64,000 nt of DNA, from contig JBKBSO010000010.1 in NCBI GenBank assembly GCA_046291695.1, positions 40,319 through 104,318 of the forward strand. Direction: 5' to 3'. Below are positions 58,200 to 64,000 of this stretch, piece after piece; within the stretch, counting starts at the first letter, position 1, and each line of letters begins with the position of its first letter. This stretch comes from Bacteroidia bacterium. GTDB taxonomy: Bacteria > Bacteroidota > Bacteroidia > UBA7662. The translations under genes were made by a program, and so were the position numbers. The notes beneath the pieces were generated by a model. It saw nothing but the letters and a program-made list of their open reading frames with translations, was not told the origin of the DNA and ran no database searches.

Positions 58200-58535
58200 A
58201 TGGAAAATTACAACACCTTAGTACAAATGGCCATCGCCATATCAGTTGCTTATGTATGGATTTTTAGATTCCATAACGTAGAAAAGGAGTTTAACCAGTT
58301 TGGATTGAGTGTTACGGTGCGGAGCTTTGTCGGCGCCGCTAAAACCGCTTTGGCAACTTTGCTTTTAGTGGGCATTTGGTACCCTGAATTTATTATGATT
58401 CCCGCAGCGCTCATGGGCTTTTTTATGGTGTCGGCGCAATATTTTCACTTCAAGGCCAAAAATCCTTTTCAACAACGTTTGCCTTCGCTCATCCTTTTGC
58501 TTCTATGTTTGTTCTTAGTAGGAACAGCACTTTAG
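58200..58535 (+). CDS. DoxX-like small membrane protein, paralog 1
   Basis: 111 aa with 3-4 TM helices. It shares the KEEF(K/N)(R/Q)FGL motif with the adjacent paralog. Confidence 0.45.
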   Translation: MENYNTLVQMAIAISVAYVWIFRFHNVEKEFNQFGLSVTVRSFVGAAKTALATLLLVGIWYPEFIMIPAALMGFFMVSAQYFHFKAKNPFQQRLPSLILLLLCLFLVGTAL

Positions 58536-58545
58536 CAACTTCAAC

Positions 58546-58881
58546 ATGACCATCAACACTTTTTTGGCGTTCCTGTCAAGCGGAGCATTCTTTATCTATG
58601 GTATTTCTTACTTCGTAACGCCGCATATGAAGGAGGAATTTAAACGGTTTGGCTTAGAAAAGCTCGGCTTGATGACCATTATTTTGGAGTTTGCGGGGGC
58701 GGCGGGGCTTTTGGTGGGACTGATCTTCAATCCTTTGCTTATTTTTTCGTCTATGGGTTTGGCCTTGTTGATGTTTGCGGCTTTGGTGGTGCGGGTGCAG
58801 CGCAGAGACAGCTTATGGATTTCGTTGCCAGCCCTGTTTTTAATGTTTTTGAATGCCTACATCTGCTGGGCGGCTATTTAA
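58546..58881 (+). CDS. DoxX-like small membrane protein, paralog 2
   Basis: 111 aa tandem paralog of 58200..58535. Confidence 0.45.
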   Translation: MTINTFLAFLSSGAFFIYGISYFVTPHMKEEFKRFGLEKLGLMTIILEFAGAAGLLVGLIFNPLLIFSSMGLALLMFAALVVRVQRRDSLWISLPALFLMFLNAYICWAAI

Positions 58882-58958
58882 GAACGCGCATTTGGGTGTT
58901 TGTTGGCCTCGTTTTTTTCTGGTAAGGCAGGGCTTGGTGCAGACCGATACTTTGCCGG

Positions 58959-59942
58959 TTATATGCTAACCGCTCGCTGCAAACGGTCGTTGATGGCGCG
59001 GCCAAGCCCGTGTTCGGGCATGCGTTCTACCCGTATGAGGGCATAATCACTTTTGTCGAGTTCACGTAATAAGCCAAATAAACGCCCGGCAGCTTCAGCC
59101 AAATCGCCTTTGGCCGACAGCAAAAACTGGTGTTGGGGGTCTTCACCGGGCCAAAACGTATTGAAGCGTATGCGTGCAATCTGTGTCGGATCAATGTCGC
59201 TGGCGTCGAGCGGACTAGCTTCCCACACCATTTTTTTTGCGGGTGCATAATGTTTGAGCAACATGCCCGGGGCTTTGGGGTTCGAGCTACTGCCCTGAAC
59301 TTCGAGGCTTTGCCCCAAAGCTTCTTCCAGACTTTCGAGCGATAAGCCTCCCAAGCGCAACACCTTCGGCTGCTTGGTGCTAAAATCAATGATGGTACTT
59401 TCGAGCCCAACTTCGCAAGGCCCCCCATCGAGGATGTAGCCGATTTTTTCGCCCAATTGTTCGGCAACATGCCAAGCCGTGGTGGGGCTTACGTAGCCAA
59501 AAGGATTGGCGCTCGGAGCAGCCAGGGGAAAGTCGAGCAAATCAAGCAAGCCCAAACTAAGCGGATGGCGAGGTATGCGGATGCCTACCGTGGGATGCCC
59601 GGCTGTAACAATATCGGGGATAATGGCTTTTTTCGGCAAAATGAAGGTTAGTGGCCCGGGACAAAAGCGATTGGCTAACCGGCCTGCAGCTTCAGGAATA
59701 CGGTCACAATACAATTCGGCTACCGAAAAATCGGGCAGGTGCACAATCAGCGGGTCGAAGGAAGGACGTTGTTTGGCTTCGAAAATACCAGCCACCGCCA
59801 CGGGGTCGAGCGCATTGGCCGCCAATCCATACACGGTTTCCGTAGGAATGGCCACCAAGCCGCCCGAACACAAGTAGGCTACCGCTTTGGCTATGTCGGT
59901 TCCGATTTCTGCCATGACACAAAAGTAGCTGCTGGCTGACAT
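58959..59942 (-). CDS. tsaC: L-threonylcarbamoyladenylate synthase, Sua5-type with a C-terminal domain. The start is moved to 59942 or 59915.
   Basis: YrdC motifs PTETVYGLAANA and KQRP...PLIVH, plus a Sua5-type C-terminal extension. Confidence 0.75.
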   Translation of the reverse strand: MSASSYFCVMAEIGTDIAKAVAYLCSGGLVAIPTETVYGLAANALDPVAVAGIFEAKQRPSFDPLIVHLPDFSVAELYCDRIPEAAGRLANRFCPGPLTFILPKKAIIPDIVTAGHPTVGIRIPRHPLSLGLLDLLDFPLAAPSANPFGYVSPTTAWHVAEQLGEKIGYILDGGPCEVGLESTIIDFSTKQPKVLRLGGLSLESLEEALGQSLEVQGSSSNPKAPGMLLKHYAPAKKMVWEASPLDASDIDPTQIARIRFNTFWPGEDPQHQFLLSAKGDLAEAAGRLFGLLRELDKSDYALIRVERMPEHGLGRAINDRLQRAVSI

Positions 59943-59994
59943 TTTTTTGGCAATTTGTCGCTTTAGGTCTATTTTTAGAATCTGAAACTGTTGT

Positions 59995-60498
59995 ATGTGT
60001 CGAAAGTATGGCCGTATAGGCCTGTTAAGTCTCTTGGTTTGGAGTGCATTTTCCTGTAGTCGCAAGCAAGCCTTGGAAGCAGCTCAAGCAGCCCCTGAAA
60101 ATTTAGAGCCTTACGTACACATGATGTCCGACAAAGTGCCGGGTCCGGTATTCGAAATCAAATCAACCGCCGCTGAAATACGCAATGGCCGCCTAAACCT
60201 GGTTTTGGTATCCGAAAGCGGTAGCATGATTCAGATAAACGATTTGCCGCAGGCCGAAATTAGCAAGGGCACCAAATCCGGCGAGCTCTTTCGGCTCGTA
60301 TATATGCCGGGGGGTATGCAGCCCGCTTGTGTAGGGCAAAATCCTCAACTGAATGAAATGAAATTAAGCCATCTTCCCGATGGCCGTTGGCGCGTAAAAG
60401 GGAATGGACAAGTGCAATGTAGCGGCAATAAAAAAATGCTTACCTGGCAGTTCCTCTTCGAAATGCCTGAGCCTGAGTTTACTGCACCGAACAATTAA
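59995..60498 (+). CDS. Hypothetical lipoprotein
   Basis: Signal and lipobox LLVWSAFSC. 167 aa. Confidence 0.4.
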   Translation: MCRKYGRIGLLSLLVWSAFSCSRKQALEAAQAAPENLEPYVHMMSDKVPGPVFEIKSTAAEIRNGRLNLVLVSESGSMIQINDLPQAEISKGTKSGELFRLVYMPGGMQPACVGQNPQLNEMKLSHLPDGRWRVKGNGQVQCSGNKKMLTWQFLFEMPEPEFTAPNN

Positions 60499-60523
60499 GA
60501 GTGAAAATACGTTTACAAATCAT

Positions 60524-63500
60524 ATGAAGAAGTTGTTGGTTTTGACGGCCATGTTGATTGGCCTGTCGTTTTGGGGTTTCGCACAAGTGAATATGCCTGC
60601 GCTTTTACAATTGCAAGAGCAATTACAAGCCGATTTTGAAAAAGAAAAGGCCGAATTACGCGCATGGGCTAAAGCCCGCAAATTACCCCTACGTTTTACC
60701 GATCAGGAAGGTCGCGAAGTAGAATTGATGGGTGTTGACGAAACCGGTATGCCGATATATTATATGACCAATAATGTGGTGGCCGCCCACAGCACTTCTA
60801 CCTCAAGGGTTTGGACCGGCGGATTGCTGGGATATAACCTCAACGGGCAAGGCATGACGGTAGGCGAATGGGATGGAGGCGCAACCCGCCTAACCCACCA
60901 GGAGCTGGTTGGCCGTGCCATTCAGGTTGATGGTGCCACCACCCTGAGTAACCATGCTACCCATGTGGCGGGTACGCTCATTGCAGCAGGCGTACAACCT
61001 AATGCCCGGGGAATGGCCTGGCAGGCTAACCTGGCCACCCACGATTGGAATAACGACACCAACGAAATGAACGCCGCTGCCCAAAATGGGCTGCTGGTAT
61101 CTAATCACAGCTATGGGCAAATTGCGGGCTGGAACAACAGCAATGGCAGCTGGTACTGGTATGGCAACCCGGCCATAAGCCCTACACTCGATTGGAATTT
61201 TGGCTTTTACAACAGCAAGGCCCGCGATTGGGACGTGGTTTCCCGAAATAACCCGTTCTATCTTATTGTAAAGTCGGCCGGCAATAACCGCAATCAGGGG
61301 CCAAATCCCGGCACTACGCATTTTGTGCGTAATGCCAGTGGTACCTGGGTAAGCAGTACCGATGTGCGTCCACGTTCAGGCCCTTACGATTGCCTACCTA
61401 CCTATTCGGTGGCCAAAAATATACTTACGGTGGGTGCCGTTAACGACCTGCCCAATGGCTGGCAATCAGCTGCAGGGGTGAGCATGTCGAGCTTTAGCAG
61501 CTGGGGACCTACCGATGATGGCCGCATCAAACCCGATATCGTTGGCAATGGGGTGGGCTTGTATTCAAGCTATTCGGGCTCCAACACCCAATACAGCTCC
61601 ATCAGCGGCACCAGCATGTCGGGGCCCAATGTAGCCGGTAGCCTGATCTTACTGCAACAGCATTACCAGGAAGTGCGCGGCCAGTTCATGCGCTCCGCTA
61701 CCCTCAAAGCGCTGGCCATTCACACCGCCGATGAAGCTGGCCCCGACCCTGGTCCTGATTATATGTTTGGCTGGGGCATGATGAATACCGCCAAAGCTGT
61801 TCAGTTGATCGATAATTCTGACGGAGAGTCGTTACTCGAAGAGCATATACTCGAAAATGGGAATGAAATAACGGTTCATGCCTTTCATCCCCAGGCAGGA
61901 ACGCTAAAGGTGAGCATTGCCTGGACCGACCCTGCATCTACTCCACCACCGGCTTCGCTGAATAATCGCACACCATTGCTGGTTAATGACTTGGATTTAC
62001 GCTTGGTGCACCTGCCTACAGGCATTTCGTACGCTCCCTGGATCCTCGATCCCGACAATCCTTCGGCGGCGGCCAACCGTGGCGATAATATCCGCGATAA
62101 TGTGGAGCAAGTGTATGTCGAAAATGCACCTCCGGGCGATTATGCCATACGCATCAGCCATAAAGGCAATTTGCAAGGTGGAAATGCGCAACATTTTGGA
62201 CTGGTAGCTAGCGGCTTGGTTAAAGGAATCCAGGCAAACTTTGTGGCAGATAAGCCAATTAGCTGTGGCCCCGATAGCATCCAGTTCACCAACCTGAGCG
62301 GAGGCGCCAGCCAGTTCCTATGGAGTTTTCCAGGTGGTACACCAAGCACCGATACTTCGGTAAATCCGCGGGTATTTTATGCCAATCCGGGCGTGTATGA
62401 AGTGAGTTTGCGTGTAACAGGTGCCCAGGGAAGCGATAGCCTCACGCGTTTTGGCTTTATCAGGATTGGGGTAGGAGCACCACTGCCATTTTTCGAGGAT
62501 TTTGAAAGCGGTGAACCCACTACTCGCGGTTGGAGTATCGAAAATCCCGACAGCGCCACCAGCTGGGAGTTGTTTACTACAGGGGGAACCAGTCCGGGTA
62601 ACCAATCTATGCGCATGAATTTTTACAGCTACAATGCGGTAGGGCAGCGCGACCGGCTAACCAGTCCGGCCCTCAGCTTTATCGGCATGGATTCGGTACG
62701 CCTGAGTTTTCAGCATGCCTACCGAGCTTACAGTGCCAACAATAGCGATTCATTAATCATTAAGGTTTCCAATGATTGTGGACTTAGCTGGAACCGGGTG
62801 CTGTCGGTGGGTGGGCCTACTTTGGCAACCCTGGCCAACAGCACCTCCAACTTTGCGCCTACCCTCAGCAGCAGTTGGTGTGGTAATGGCAATAACCTGG
62901 CTTGTTTTGACCTGGATTTGTCGGCCTATTCGGGCGATAGCCTGGTATATGTTCAGTTTGAAGCCTGGAATGGTTATGGCAACAATCTGTATATTGATAA
63001 TATTCAGGTAGTGGGTAGTCCAAATGTAGCACCCATCGCCGATTTCCGTTCGAGCGCCAGTCGTATTTGTGCAGGAGGGCAGCTGCAGTTTTTTGATCAA
63101 AGTAACTTTTTACCCAATAGCTACTTATGGTCGTTTGCAGGAGGCACCCCAGCCAGCTCCACCGATGCCAACCCGGTGGTGAGCTATGCTACTCCCGGCA
63201 CTTATTCGGTGCAATTGATTGTACAAAATCAGATAGGCAACGATACTTTGCTCATGCCGGCTGCAGTGGTGGTGGATTCTATTCCTTCGGTAAGCTTGGC
63301 ACCCCTGGCGGCCATGTGCAGTACTGATGGTATCCTGAATCTTACGGCTGGCTCCCCAACCGGAGGGTATTATGCCGGAAATGGGGTTGTGGGTACTGAT
63401 CAGTTCGACCCAGCGCTTGCTGGTGCAGGACTCCACGACATTACCTACACCTTTACAGGGCCAAATGGTTGCGAAGCTACGGCCACACAACAAATCATGG

Positions 63501-64000
63501 TGACCAATACCCCGGCTCCTGTTTTTGGACTGGTATTGCCACAATGTGTCGATAACGCGGCCTACACCCTCGTAGAAGGCCAGCCTGCCGGAGGTACTTA
63601 CAGCGGGCCAGGCATTGTGGGGGGCAGTCAGTTCGATCCGGCTTTGGCCGGTGTAGGCACGCACCTCATCACCTACACCATCAACGATAATGGTTGCGTG
63701 GGTGCTGCCACGCGCAGCATTACGGTTACCGATGCACCTCAGGCCAGTATTAACAGCATACCACCTGTTTGTACAGGGCAGGGTACCATTTTGCTGGTGG
63801 GGCAGCCCATCGCCGGGCTCTTCAGCGGACCGGGCGTTGCCTTTGGGGTGTTTAACCCTACAGTGGCTGGTCCGGGTATCCACACCATTACCTATTTGGT
63901 CGATGTGAATGGCTGCAGCAGCACCGCACAAATTCAGGTGGAGGTAGGGGCAACACCTGCCCGTCCGATCATTAGTTTGCAAGGCGGCGACTTGGTGTCG
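60524..64000 (+). CDS. S8-family (subtilisin-like) serine peptidase with downstream PKD-like/Ig domains. The 3' end lies outside the window, and the gene is absent from the supplied ORF track.
   Basis: I translated by hand from the ATG at 60524 and found no in-frame stop through 63999. Signal peptide MKKLLVLTAMLIGLSFWGFAQ. Catalytic triad motifs DGG, HATHVAG and GTSMSGP. PKD-like repeats (PGTYSVQLIVQN, GLHDITYTF) follow. Confidence 0.8.
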   Translation, partial: MKKLLVLTAMLIGLSFWGFAQVNMPALLQLQEQLQADFEKEKAELRAWAKARKLPLRFTDQEGREVELMGVDETGMPIYYMTNNVVAAHSTSTSRVWTGGLLGYNLNGQGMTVGEWDGGATRLTHQELVGRAIQVDGATTLSNHATHVAGTLIAAGVQPNARGMAWQANLATHDWNNDTNEMNAAAQNGLLVSNHSYGQIAGWNNSNGSWYWYGNPAISPTLDWNFGFYNSKARDWDVVSRNNPFYLIVKSAGNNRNQGPNPGTTHFVRNASGTWVSSTDVRPRSGPYDCLPTYSVAKNILTVGAVNDLPNGWQSAAGVSMSSFSSWGPTDDGRIKPDIVGNGVGLYSSYSGSNTQYSSISGTSMSGPNVAGSLILLQQHYQEVRGQFMRSATLKALAIHTADEAGPDPGPDYMFGWGMMNTAKAVQLIDNSDGESLLEEHILENGNEITVHAFHPQAGTLKVSIAWTDPASTPPPASLNNRTPLLVNDLDLRLVHLPTGISYAPWILDPDNPSAAANRGDNIRDNVEQVYVENAPPGDYAIRISHKGNLQGGNAQHFGLVASGLVKGIQANFVADKPISCGPDSIQFTNLSGGASQFLWSFPGGTPSTDTSVNPRVFYANPGVYEVSLRVTGAQGSDSLTRFGFIRIGVGAPLPFFEDFESGEPTTRGWSIENPDSATSWELFTTGGTSPGNQSMRMNFYSYNAVGQRDRLTSPALSFIGMDSVRLSFQHAYRAYSANNSDSLIIKVSNDCGLSWNRVLSVGGPTLATLANSTSNFAPTLSSSWCGNGNNLACFDLDLSAYSGDSLVYVQFEAWNGYGNNLYIDNIQVVGSPNVAPIADFRSSASRICAGGQLQFFDQSNFLPNSYLWSFAGGTPASSTDANPVVSYATPGTYSVQLIVQNQIGNDTLLMPAAVVVDSIPSVSLAPLAAMCSTDGILNLTAGSPTGGYYAGNGVVGTDQFDPALAGAGLHDITYTFTGPNGCEATATQQIMVTNTPAPVFGLVLPQCVDNAAYTLVEGQPAGGTYSGPGIVGGSQFDPALAGVGTHLITYTINDNGCVGAATRSITVTDAPQASINSIPPVCTGQGTILLVGQPIAGLFSGPGVAFGVFNPTVAGPGIHTITYLVDVNGCSSTAQIQVEVGATPARPIISLQGGDLVS

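Overview
This 64 kb window looks like a Bacteroidota chromosomal segment with about 50% GC. The phylum call rests on type A and type B T9SS C-terminal sorting domains, alternative complex III genes, a TamB/TamA pair and Bacteroidetes-style TTTG/TAnnTTTG promoters. Most of it is housekeeping operons. These are actCDEF (the first gene is cut by the window start), phoH-purC, a manC-like gene with an O-antigen ligase, tamB-tamA, glgP, TolC with its adaptor and gpsA, and the DtxR-family/thioesterase pair next to HupE and an M1 peptidase. There are also tkt, a bacilliredoxin, the patatin-recA overlap, lemA-TPM-TPM, fnr-fdx-ruvX-def, a CAU-anticodon tRNA, a Fic-like gene, two DoxX-like paralogs, Sua5/tsaC, and a large S8 peptidase that runs off the 3' end and is missing from the ORF track. 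What the genes do not explain is the repeat and cis-element content. (1) The 2.5 kb interval between tamA and glgP holds a vapBC toxin-antitoxin pair. It is bracketed by two diverged ~230 bp direct repeats and by two arrays of 76-83 bp tandem repeats. (2) A ~95-nt bipartite element sits 200-300 bp upstream of three unrelated genes, always in the same orientation as the gene. (3) A GC-rich '(GGGGAACG)CTCGCTGG' short tandem repeat family occurs at five intergenic loci. (4) One ~50-nt promoter and 5'UTR block, including ATGCA, is shared by the manC-like gene and the DtxR-family gene. (5) The tRNA(CAU) is followed by a Fic gene whose motif is non-canonical and whose promoter carries reiterated CGGTCA sites. 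I see no CRISPR array, no rRNA and no transposase or integrase.
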